Of a stretch of 64,000 bases of DNA, positions 45,516 to 53,501 are shown piece by piece. Both the position numbers and the translations under genes were made by a program. The notes below the pieces were generated by a model. It searched no databases, was not told where the DNA came from, and worked only from the letters and a program-made list of their open reading frames with translations. Numbering within the stretch: position 1 is the first letter of the stretch; each line of letters begins with the position of its first letter. Source of the DNA: Euryarchaeota archaeon UBA58 (GTDB lineage Archaea > Thermoplasmatota > Poseidoniia > Poseidoniales > Thalassarchaeaceae); NCBI GenBank assembly GCA_002498525.1, contig DAHR01000013.1:43748-107747 (forward strand), written 5' to 3'.

Positions 45516-45689
45516 ATGAGCAAAGCGAATTTTCTACGAGTCACATGCGTCGACTGCGGCAATGAGGCGATCATCTTCGAAAGGGCGTCCACACACATCG
45601 CCTGCTCAATCTGCGGAGCGACTCTGGCCAAACCCGCAGGCGGTAAGGCTCAGCTCTCAGGTAGCACAATCGTAGACGTCCTCGAGTGA
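45516..45689 (+). CDS. rps27e: 30S ribosomal protein S27e
   Basis: 57-aa ORF below the track cutoff, translated by hand: MSKANFLRVTCVDCGNEAIIFERASTHIACSICGATLAKPAGGKAQLSGSTIVDVLE. It has the C4 zinc ribbon and S27e length, and sits between rpl44e and aIF2-alpha as in many archaea. Confidence 0.85.
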   Translation: MSKANFLRVTCVDCGNEAIIFERASTHIACSICGATLAKPAGGKAQLSGSTIVDVLE

Positions 45690-45702
45690 AGGGGGCTGAC
45701 GA

Positions 45703-46494
45703 TTGGCTGGCGATTCAGAAGAACCGTGGCCATCTGAAGGCGAACTTCTGGTTTGTACTGTCAAGAGCGTTCGAGAGAACGGCGCTTACCTGAACCTCGA
45801 TGGTTACGGCGAGCGCGAAGGATTCGTCTTCATCGGCGAGGTCGCCGCCGGCTGGGTTCGCAGTATCAGGAACCATCTGCGGGTCGGTCAGCGCGTCGTC
45901 GCCAAAGTCATCGGTGTGCGCCGCGACCGACGGCGGGTCGACCTCTCGATCAAGTCCGTCTCGGCCGAGCGGCGCAAGGATACGCTGCAATCCTGGAAGA
46001 ACGAAATGCGCGCTACGCAGATTATGAAGGTCGCAGCCGAGCGCGTCGGCTGGGATGAAGCGAAGACCGCCGATATCTCAGACGAGATGATGGAGATCTT
46101 CGGCGGTCTCTACGGCGCTTTGGAAGAGTGCGCCATCTCTGAAACTGCTCTTTCCGACAACGGCTTCAGCGGCGACTGGATGGCCGTTGTCACCGAATTG
46201 GCCATTGAGAACATCGTCCCACCATTCGTCGAGATTCGCGGCCAATTCGACATCGAAGTCTGGGGACCGAGCGGTGTCAACGCAATCCGCGATGCCCTCC
46301 TCGCAGCAGAAGCCTGCGCAGAGGGCATCGAAGAAGCAACACTGACTTGCCATTACGACGGCGCCCCACATTACCGCATCGACATCAAGGCGCCTGATTA
46401 CGAGGTGGCCGAATCGTTGTGGAAGAACGCTCAGGTCGCAGCGAGCGAAGCGATAGCGGCGGTAGATGGTTCAATCGACATCGAACGGATGTGA
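45703..46494 (+). CDS. eif2a: Translation initiation factor aIF2 alpha subunit
   Basis: TTG start after GGGGG. S1/OB N-domain (GELLVCTVKSVRENGAYLNLDGY...GFVFIGEVAAGWVRSIRNHLRVGQRVVAKV). 263 aa. Confidence 0.85.
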   Translation: MAGDSEEPWPSEGELLVCTVKSVRENGAYLNLDGYGEREGFVFIGEVAAGWVRSIRNHLRVGQRVVAKVIGVRRDRRRVDLSIKSVSAERRKDTLQSWKNEMRATQIMKVAAERVGWDEAKTADISDEMMEIFGGLYGALEECAISETALSDNGFSGDWMAVVTELAIENIVPPFVEIRGQFDIEVWGPSGVNAIRDALLAAEACAEGIEEATLTCHYDGAPHYRIDIKAPDYEVAESLWKNAQVAASEAIAAVDGSIDIERM

Positions 46495-46559
46495 AGCAGC
46501 ATCAAGCATGCTACAACTTCAAAGACCTCTGGAAGGGGCTTTGCAGAACGAGGATTGGG

Positions 46560-46775
46560 ATGGCTCGGACGAGACTTCAGAAATGTACGGCCTGCGGCGA
46601 ATATGGCCTAGGCGAGGAATGCAAGGATTGCGGTGGAAAAATGATTACTGTCGCACCTCTGAAATTCTCGCCGCAAGATGCTCAAGGAGCGCGGCGAAGA
46701 CAGCGCGAAAACGCTGGAAGCGACGAGTGGATCCAGAAACTCCCGACTCCTCGCAAGGGGGATGAGGAAGAGTGA
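46560..46775 (+). CDS. nop10: H/ACA RNP protein Nop10
   Basis: MARTRLQKCTACGEYGLGEECKDCGGKMITVAPLKFSPQD has the Nop10 zinc ribbon and the FSP.D motif. Start at internal ATG 46560 of track ORF 46419..46775. Confidence 0.8.
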   Translation: MARTRLQKCTACGEYGLGEECKDCGGKMITVAPLKFSPQDAQGARRRQRENAGSDEWIQKLPTPRKGDEEE

Positions 46776-47530
46776 ATCGGACTCAGATGCATTGGTTGAT
46801 CGACGACGGACTTCCCCAACACGCGGCTCTCTTGGAGGCTGTGCCCGGCGTCGGAAATGTCGGAAAACTGGTTGTCGATGCGCTTGTTGAGAAGCACCCT
46901 TCGACACTCATCGCGAGAATCCTGCACCCAGAAATGCCTCCACATTCGACACTCGATGACAATGGTCTGCTGGTTCCTCCCTCGATGATGGTTCACCGTG
47001 TGATGCTACCCGATGGGCGTTATGTGGTGACTATCGGCGGCGATTTTCAACCGATGACCGCCGCCGGCCAACACGAGGTCGCTGAAGCGATTTTAGGCGT
47101 TGCCAAGGCCGGCTCGACTCCACAATTACTGGTGCTGGCTGGTCTGGCTGCAGATGTCGAGGACAAGGATGTCCACGTCATCTGTGCTGATGCGGCGGTG
47201 CGGGCGAATCTGGAAGCGAATGACATTCCTGTATCACGCGAGCAGCCCGAGGCTGGGATGATCGGTGTTGCTGGGCTGCTCGTCAGCCTCTCGCCGATTC
47301 ACGATGTACCGACCGTGGCGCTGGTCGCTGAGACTGTTGGTGCCAGCGCCGATGTTCAAGCGGCCGACCGTTTGGCGAGATGGATCGAGGAAGCCTTCGC
47401 CATGCCCCTCGACCTCGACATCGATACCACTGAGGAGACGGCTCGCAAATTGCTCGCGAGCATCGAGGTCTCGGGCAGTCTCGAGGAGCATCTCGGATTA
47501 GGCGCCGAGTCTGATGACTTCTACGTCTGA
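46772..47530 (+). CDS. Proteasome assembly chaperone PAC2-family protein
   Basis: VPGVGNVGKLVVDAL near the N-terminus, about 250 aa, conserved position after nop10. GTG start overlaps the nop10 stop (alternative ATG 46787). Confidence 0.7.
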   Translation: MNRTQMHWLIDDGLPQHAALLEAVPGVGNVGKLVVDALVEKHPSTLIARILHPEMPPHSTLDDNGLLVPPSMMVHRVMLPDGRYVVTIGGDFQPMTAAGQHEVAEAILGVAKAGSTPQLLVLAGLAADVEDKDVHVICADAAVRANLEANDIPVSREQPEAGMIGVAGLLVSLSPIHDVPTVALVAETVGASADVQAADRLARWIEEAFAMPLDLDIDTTEETARKLLASIEVSGSLEEHLGLGAESDDFYV

Positions 47531-47560
47531 TTCGACTCGATGCTCATAGCGTGGGGAGAC

Positions 47561-47761
47561 TCATCCGCCACTTGAGACGACGACGAGTTCGAGGCGGATG
47601 TCTTCGCTGATGACCGATGTGTGCGGGACGATTGTTTGACCCAGAACCGCGAGCACGGTCGATGGAGCAATCGACAAGCGCTCGAGGACTTCTGAGATCG
47701 TGATCGACTCCTCACTCTCGACAACTAGGACCTCGTCGCCATGCTCGACCTCGATTCGCAT
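47561..47761 (-). CDS. ThiS/MoaD-family ubiquitin-like small protein ending Gly-Gly (66 aa, SAMP-like)
   Basis: MRIEVEHGDEVLVVESEESITISEVLERL...GQTIVPHTSVISEDIRLELVVVSSGG* has ThiS length and pattern. The longer track ORF 47561..47935 runs through the tRNA-Ser gene, so the start is set at ATG 47761. Confidence 0.7.
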   Translation of the reverse strand: MRIEVEHGDEVLVVESEESITISEVLERLSIAPSTVLAVLGQTIVPHTSVISEDIRLELVVVSSGG

Positions 47762-47815
47762 GCTCGGTGGGTGGCGAGTCAGACTTATGACCGAATCGCA
47801 GGTGGCGGGCACGCT

Positions 47816-47901
47816 GCCGAGATCGCATAGCCCGGTATTGCGGTGGATTCGAAATCCACTGTCCCTTGGACTCGGGGGTTCAAATCCCTCTCTCGGCGCC
47901 A
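47816..47901 (+). tRNA. tRNA-Ser (anticodon CGA), class II with long variable arm, CCA encoded
   Basis: GCCGAGA-TC-GCATAGCCCGGTATTGC-G-GTGGA-TTCGAAA-TCCAC-TGTCCCTTGGACTC-GGGGG-TTCAAAT-CCCTC-TCTCGGC-G-CCA. Variable-arm stem GTCC/GGAC. Confidence 0.9.
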
Positions 47902-48063
47902 TAAAATCGATTTGAACCAGGCGCAAAATGGACAAAATGGAGCATCACGGCCGCTTGCGCCGACGGTTGAGGGCGCTTCATTCTGAAGTCGAATTAAATC
48001 CGAATGAAGGCTCTCAGACAAGCGAAATCTGTGATTTCGCGCTACTGAAATACCAACTCTCAT

Positions 48064-49911
48064 TCAGAAAGCCGGCAACTCATCATTCGCCCTGAGATGA
48101 ACAACCTTCGAAGAGGGCGACAACTTCACTTGAGCCCTGCCCCCAAACTCACCGATCGTGCCGTTCAGAATCGCAACCTCATCGCCACGCTCGACAGAGG
48201 CTGCGGTGATTGGAATACTGCCTCTGAAGGCGACTACACTGCAAACGCCGCTCTGGTCGAGAAGCGTCACTGCCCATCGCTTGACATCGACACCATTCGG
48301 AATCGCGTCTATCGACCAGACGCGGCCGACGACATTGACTTGAGTGACGATTTCGACGATCGGGGCTTCATCCTCATCGTCAGTGATGACGACTTCTGAT
48401 TCCTCATCGAGCAGCAGCTCGATATTGCCCCGCCAGATTCCTGGAATCGCATTCTTGACACGGACTCTCACCCCATTGGCGATAGCCCGAGAGATATTCG
48501 TTGGATTCTTGCCATAATTGGGTTTGACGACCGCCTTGTCGTAGCCCTCTTTGAGGTCGAACCTGAATGTGATGATACCCTTCTCATCGAATTCGGGTCC
48601 GCGCAGAAGACCGACATTCCCCACTGCGTCAACCCGTGAGACGATCTCGGCGAACGGTGTGATCGGCCATGCGTGTCCGAAGCGCTCGATTCGGCGCTCG
48701 AGAGGCAGGTCGAGGTCATGCTCGACATTCTCACACAAGCCGCGATAATCGCATCTGATGCACCTCGCATTCGGGTCGGGGTCGGTAGGAGGGTCTGCTG
48801 CTTTGCCGCCCTCCTCGAAGATCCGCAGAGGGGCGGGTTTTGTCGGGCAATCCGCCTCGCTCGGATCGCCCGCACGCAATTTCTGATACAACTCTTTGAG
48901 CTCTTTCTCGTAGTCTTTCAATTCACTTTCAGTCGGTTTTCGGATCACTTTCACAGTGCCTGTTCCGAGGTACCAGACTTCGAGTCCTTCGACATCCTCA
49001 GTGTGGTCGTGAGTCTCCCACCAGAGCCAAGCATAGAGGCGCAGTTGTTCGATATAGTCGCCTGAACGGTCGCCTTTTCCGATGCTCGCTTTGATGTCTA
49101 TGATGCGTATATTCCCATTCCATCGATAGATCATATCGTACTCGCCCTGGAACCATCCGTCGGGGTGGCACGTCGCTTGCTTGAACTGCCCAGCATCGGG
49201 GTCAACGAACCACGGTCGCGCCAATTCCCAAGCCTCGCACCAAGTCACTTCGCCGGAACTTCTCGCCGCCTTATGTGGAGTGTTCCAGATGAGAGGGAAG
49301 CCATCAGGAGCTGGTGAATCGGGCCGAGCCTCGCCTGCTCTCCATGCCTCCAGCATCGGCCCGCCATTCGCTTCCAAGCAACCCTCAACCTCATCGAGGT
49401 GCATGCGTATTCCGGCGGCGATCATAACTCGACATTCGTCCTCGTCAGCATCCTCGATGCTGCCGCTACGGTTCTTGGTGATCTTCCAATTGTGAACCGC
49501 AGCCTCCCAACAAGCATCGAAGTGGAAGTCGAGGCGCGCGAGCGCCCACGTCTCAAGCGCCTCGCGCGAATCCGGCCAATCACCTTCGGGCCGCGCATCG
49601 AGCCGCTGGGCGAGCCAATTCGTGGTGTCGTCGTAGTCGGGATCCTTGTCCATGGTGAGCGGAGAGGTGAGGAGTGTGGTGGAGTCTGGAGCGATGAGGA
49701 CTGGCGATTCCTGCATTATGCGCGAAAGGCATGCCTCAGCGGCATTTCCACGGATAATCACAGGTGGCATCGGACCCTTCAGACCATGCCGATAGGCGTA
49801 GAACCACTTCCGCGGACACGAGGTCCAGAGATTGGTCTGCGAAGCCGAAAGCCTTCGATATGGGTCGATGCCTGTGCCGGCTGCATCAAAGGTCCGCACG
49901 GGCATACCCAA
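48064..49911 (-). CDS. Cas4/RecB-like PD-(D/E)XK nuclease with 4Fe-4S Cys ligands, fused to two C-terminal OB-fold-like domains
   Basis: N-terminal SASQTNLWTSCPRKWFY (Cys32). Nuclease core GEYDMIY (D259), IIDIK (D272, K274), QLRLY (Q289, Y293). C384-x2-C387-x5-C393 (CIRCDYRGLC). Two OB-like beta-barrel segments at about aa 420-505 and 520-606 (VNVVGRVWSI...VTLLDQSGVCSVVAF...GDEVAILNGTIGEFGGRAQV). Confidence 0.7.
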   Translation of the reverse strand: MGMPVRTFDAAGTGIDPYRRLSASQTNLWTSCPRKWFYAYRHGLKGPMPPVIIRGNAAEACLSRIMQESPVLIAPDSTTLLTSPLTMDKDPDYDDTTNWLAQRLDARPEGDWPDSREALETWALARLDFHFDACWEAAVHNWKITKNRSGSIEDADEDECRVMIAAGIRMHLDEVEGCLEANGGPMLEAWRAGEARPDSPAPDGFPLIWNTPHKAARSSGEVTWCEAWELARPWFVDPDAGQFKQATCHPDGWFQGEYDMIYRWNGNIRIIDIKASIGKGDRSGDYIEQLRLYAWLWWETHDHTEDVEGLEVWYLGTGTVKVIRKPTESELKDYEKELKELYQKLRAGDPSEADCPTKPAPLRIFEEGGKAADPPTDPDPNARCIRCDYRGLCENVEHDLDLPLERRIERFGHAWPITPFAEIVSRVDAVGNVGLLRGPEFDEKGIITFRFDLKEGYDKAVVKPNYGKNPTNISRAIANGVRVRVKNAIPGIWRGNIELLLDEESEVVITDDEDEAPIVEIVTQVNVVGRVWSIDAIPNGVDVKRWAVTLLDQSGVCSVVAFRGSIPITAASVERGDEVAILNGTIGEFGGRAQVKLSPSSKVVHLRANDELPAF

Positions 49912-50068
49912 CTACTTGCTGCGAGGGTACATGAACTCGACTGCGAGACTATTGAATTCATTCATTCTTTGATTGAATGAATCCGATGACGGCTCAAACT
50001 TTATGGTAGATTCCGTGAACGGTAGAGGGATGATGGAAGGAAGCCATACCTGAAGACCCGCCAATAAG

Positions 50069-50422
50069 ATGCCATTCATGGATGCCATGAAAAGTGGAGT
50101 TTCGAAGTCTTTAAAATTGGAGGGTCGCGCTACGCGTTCCGAATATTGGTGGTTTGTCCTGGGTGGCATTATCTTCCAAATGGTATGCACAATTGTAGCA
50201 ACACAGGCAGTCGCAGTTTTAGCACTATTACCCATTCTACTTGTTCCAGCATCGATTACTCTGGTTGTTCGAAGACTTCATGATGTTGGGAAATCGGGTT
50301 GGTGGTTCTTCATTGGTTTAATCCCCCTTGTTGGAGTGATTTACTTAATTTACCTCTTCGTTCAAGAGGGCGATTCTGGGGAAAATATGTATGGATCAGT
50401 TCCAACAAATATGCTTGAATAA
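50069..50422 (+). CDS. DUF805-family inner-membrane protein
   Basis: GRATRSEYWWFVL ... VRRLHDVGKSGWWFFIGLIPLVG are signature DUF805 motifs. Lower-GC gene. Confidence 0.75.
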   Translation: MPFMDAMKSGVSKSLKLEGRATRSEYWWFVLGGIIFQMVCTIVATQAVAVLALLPILLVPASITLVVRRLHDVGKSGWWFFIGLIPLVGVIYLIYLFVQEGDSGENMYGSVPTNMLE

Positions 50423-50477
50423 TTGTTTTACGAAGTATATACCGATAAACATCGCGGAATGAACACCGAAGGATGAT

Positions 50478-51635
50478 TCATTCATCGCGGTCGGCGCCGT
50501 CGAGGTAGACGACAGTCATCTCCAATCGCTCGTGAGTCGGGTGGACCTCGACCAGAGCGATTGGCGCATCGATCTCTCCAGCCAATTCCTCGGCCATCAC
50601 CAGAGGCAACTCGATGCGTCCGTTGTCCTCGTCGAAATACATGAATCGGCGCGGCAACCCCGTCTGTTCGTGAATCTCCTCGATCCAGTCCGTGGCGTCA
50701 TCAGAATCACAGTCTATCGAACCGAAGACCAGCGTGCCATCCTCTGTCAGAATCTCATGCGGAGAAATCGTATTCTCACCACGGCGAAGGAAGCGGCGGC
50801 GAAGCTGCCCACTATCCTTGTAGGTCGATGTGCAGAATTTCAGATGATACGGATAGGCCTCGCGAACCTCCCCATCCTCAGGGTCAGGCGCACCGATCTG
50901 AGCAGCAATCACACGGTCGCGCATGCGAACCGATAACTCAGCCGAACCAGCGGCCCCCGCAGTGATCTCGTCGGAGAGGTTGAAGCCGCGCACCACCATG
51001 TTGTCGTGATTGCCAACGGTGATCTCCAACTCATTGAGATTCAAAAATTGCACATCCATCCCTCGCAGAGTCTCAAGCAATTCGAACAACTCATCGGCCT
51101 TGTCGGGCTCGGTCGGAATCTCAACCCCGGTCAACATCCCAGCAGCGGTGCAAGCCGCAATGGTCTCGCGGTATTTCTCAGCCTTCAAATCCAAGAAATG
51201 GAAGCGAATCTCGTCCAACCCAGCCTCAGCGAACTCAGCAGCCCATTCAGCCTTGAACGGAATACTCGTGTACATGTGCAGGTGGAAGCCATCCCCAAAC
51301 TCAGTTTTGAGAATTCGACAACCTTCCAGAACCCTCTCGCGAGCCATGACAGGGTCGCCACCAGTAATCCCAGCACCGGTCGCATTCATGGCTCGAGCCT
51401 CTTCGATCACAGCCCCCCAATCGCCGATTTCGACACGGCGTTCGTTAGCGTACATGAAGTCGATTTCGCGGCGGTTTTCGGAGAGTGGACAGTAGTCGCA
51501 CATCCAGTGGCAGTGGCCGGTGATGAACAGCACCAACTTGCTCCCCATCTGGCATTGGATACAGCCCTCGGTATCGCTCGCATCCGCCGCCTCGGGCAAC
51601 TCAGGAATGTTCGGTAAACGCAGTTGAAATGTCAT
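50478..51635 (-). CDS. Radical SAM enzyme (archaeal PFL-activase-related uncharacterised family)
   Basis: CX3CX2C cluster motif GHCHWMCDYC and glycine-rich GGDP SAM motif. C-terminal ~120-aa extra domain. Start ATG 51635 overlaps the pdxT stop (ATGA). Confidence 0.75.
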   Translation of the reverse strand: MTFQLRLPNIPELPEAADASDTEGCIQCQMGSKLVLFITGHCHWMCDYCPLSENRREIDFMYANERRVEIGDWGAVIEEARAMNATGAGITGGDPVMARERVLEGCRILKTEFGDGFHLHMYTSIPFKAEWAAEFAEAGLDEIRFHFLDLKAEKYRETIAACTAAGMLTGVEIPTEPDKADELFELLETLRGMDVQFLNLNELEITVGNHDNMVVRGFNLSDEITAGAAGSAELSVRMRDRVIAAQIGAPDPEDGEVREAYPYHLKFCTSTYKDSGQLRRRFLRRGENTISPHEILTEDGTLVFGSIDCDSDDATDWIEEIHEQTGLPRRFMYFDEDNGRIELPLVMAEELAGEIDAPIALVEVHPTHERLEMTVVYLDGADRDE

Positions 51636-52234
51636 GCAGCCACCTTTTTTACAGTCTCTAATAACCATTGATGGAAGCCATGATCATTTGATAATTCGGG
51701 ATGGAAAGTAAGAGCCAGACGATTACCAAAACGCACCCCTACAACCTCTTCACCAAGGGTGGCTACGACCTCTGACGAATCGCCCACATTTGTGAATCGC
51801 GGCGCGCGGATGAATACGCCTGGAAAGTCGCGGGCGAGCAGGCTTGATTTGAGCGCGCTCTGGAATGAATCGACCTGACGGCCGAAGGCGTTTCGGTCGA
51901 TTTCGGCGGCGACTAACGGCTCGCCGCCGTCACGAGGATCACACAGCAGAATTGCACCCGCGCAGGTCCCGAGGACCGGACGGGTGGCATCGGCGCGAAG
52001 CCACGAAAACACCGCGGGCAACAGACCCGATGCGGGATCGTTGCCAGTCAGCCGCATCGTGGTGGATTCACCACCGGGGAAGACGAGTGCATCAGGTTCA
52101 GCCTGTATCAGGTCCGAAGCCTTGCGCAACTCGTGAATTTCGATTTCGATGTCAGCATCGGCAGCCGCCGAGGTGAGCGCCGCAATGTGAACATGGCGAG
52201 CGCCCTGCAACATGACGAGACCGATGCGAAGCAC
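51632..52234 (-). CDS. pdxT: Pyridoxal 5'-phosphate synthase glutaminase subunit PdxT
   Basis: RIGLVMLQGA, FPGGEST, LGTCAGAILL (Cys nucleophile), AFGRQVDSF, FIRAP, FHPE. Start placed at GTG 52234 (ATG 52213 also possible). The ATG at 52324 would overlap serC. Confidence 0.8.
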   Translation of the reverse strand: MLRIGLVMLQGARHVHIAALTSAAADADIEIEIHELRKASDLIQAEPDALVFPGGESTTMRLTGNDPASGLLPAVFSWLRADATRPVLGTCAGAILLCDPRDGGEPLVAAEIDRNAFGRQVDSFQSALKSSLLARDFPGVFIRAPRFTNVGDSSEVVATLGEEVVGVRFGNRLALTFHPELSNDHGFHQWLLETVKKVAA

Positions 52235-52286
52235 GACCTGCCGGCTGAACCATCCGGCTTCAATCCAACCCTTATCAGTCGAAGCG

Positions 52287-53435
52287 ATGAAAGACCCCAG
52301 CACACGCCCAAAGGGCGTGGCCAACTCAAGGATTCACAACTTCGGCGCCGGTCCAGCAGTTCTGCCATTATCGGTCGTCGAAGAAGTTCAAGCAGCATTA
52401 CCCAACTTACACGGCAGCGGCTTCGGACTCTGCGAGATCAGCCACCGAAGCCCGACTTTCCAAGCGGTTGTCGACAGCGCCATGGCACGCATCAGAAGGG
52501 TGCTGTCGGTTCCAGAAGATTATACGATTCTATTTCTTCAAGGCGGCGCTTCACTGCAATTCTACATGAGCGCGCTAAACCTGTTAGCCCCGGGGGAGGC
52601 AGCGGATTTCCTCGTTACGGGAGGTTGGTCGCAGAAGGCCTTGAAGGAGGCAAATCGCATTGGCGAAGCAGCGGCGCAGTGGGACGATTCTGCAAATGGA
52701 TTCAAGTCGGTTCCAAACGACGGTGATTACACGATTCGCGAGAACGCAGTCTACTTGCATTACACATCGAATAACACACTGATGGGTACTCAATTCCACC
52801 ATCTTCCATACTCGGGGGGCAAGCCACGGGTGCTCGATGCGTCCTCGGATATCGCCGGGGTTCCGCTCGATGTCGCGGCTCACGATCTGATCTACGCGGG
52901 GGCTCAGAAGAACCTCGGACCTTCGGGGGTGACGGTGGTCATTCTCTCACCTTGGGCGCTGGCTCGGGCGCAAACAAACTCTACTTCGGGCGGTCATACC
53001 GGTTGCGGAAATCCAACCATGCTCGATTATACAGTTCATGCTTCGAAGGGGTCGTTATTCAACACTCCAAACACCTTCGGAATATTCGTTCTCGACTGCG
53101 TTTTCAAATGGCTTGAGGAGAACGGCGGACTGGCTGGATCGATTGCGCGGAATCGGGCTAAGGCGGCCCTTCTGTATGGCGAGCTCGACCGGACTGATTT
53201 CTGGGTTCCACATGCTGAGGTTGGCTCTCGCTCGGTGATGAACGTCACTTGGAGATGTGCTGATGAAACTCTCGAATCGGTGTTTTTGGCGGAAGCGACG
53301 GCGGCTGGTCTTGGTGGTCTGAAAGGTCATCGCTCGGTCGGTGGTATTCGGGCAAGCATGTACAATGGCTGTCCTATCGAGTCTGTCGAGGCGCTGGTTG
53401 TGTTCATGCGCGGCTTTGCGGAGCGGCATTCCTGA
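52287..53435 (+). CDS. serC: Phosphoserine aminotransferase
   Basis: HNFGAGPAVLP, AGAQKNLGPSGVTVVI (PLP-Lys context), GGIRASMYN. Start at ATG 52287. Confidence 0.85.
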   Translation: MKDPSTRPKGVANSRIHNFGAGPAVLPLSVVEEVQAALPNLHGSGFGLCEISHRSPTFQAVVDSAMARIRRVLSVPEDYTILFLQGGASLQFYMSALNLLAPGEAADFLVTGGWSQKALKEANRIGEAAAQWDDSANGFKSVPNDGDYTIRENAVYLHYTSNNTLMGTQFHHLPYSGGKPRVLDASSDIAGVPLDVAAHDLIYAGAQKNLGPSGVTVVILSPWALARAQTNSTSGGHTGCGNPTMLDYTVHASKGSLFNTPNTFGIFVLDCVFKWLEENGGLAGSIARNRAKAALLYGELDRTDFWVPHAEVGSRSVMNVTWRCADETLESVFLAEATAAGLGGLKGHRSVGGIRASMYNGCPIESVEALVVFMRGFAERHS

Positions 53436-53501
53436 GAATGCGGCGCAGGTAGCCGCTTCCATTCGGATTTTCTATCAAGGAGAGATTGATAACCGCGTGG
53501 A

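Noticed and set aside
47762-47935. Extension of the ThiS-like ORF (track ORF 47561..47935) and ORF 47785..48063
   Set aside because: Both read through the tRNA-Ser gene. The GFEPP peptide is the tell-tale antisense translation of the T arm (GGTTCAAATCC). The ORF 14641..14964 over tRNA-Glu is rejected for the same reason.
47902-50470. Integrated mobile element at tRNA-Ser (nuclease + DUF805 cargo)
   Set aside because: No integrase or recombinase is present. No direct repeat of the tRNA 3' end was found by eye at the far boundary. Only the DUF805 part is compositionally atypical. Kept only as a weak possibility under the T-arm repeat finding.
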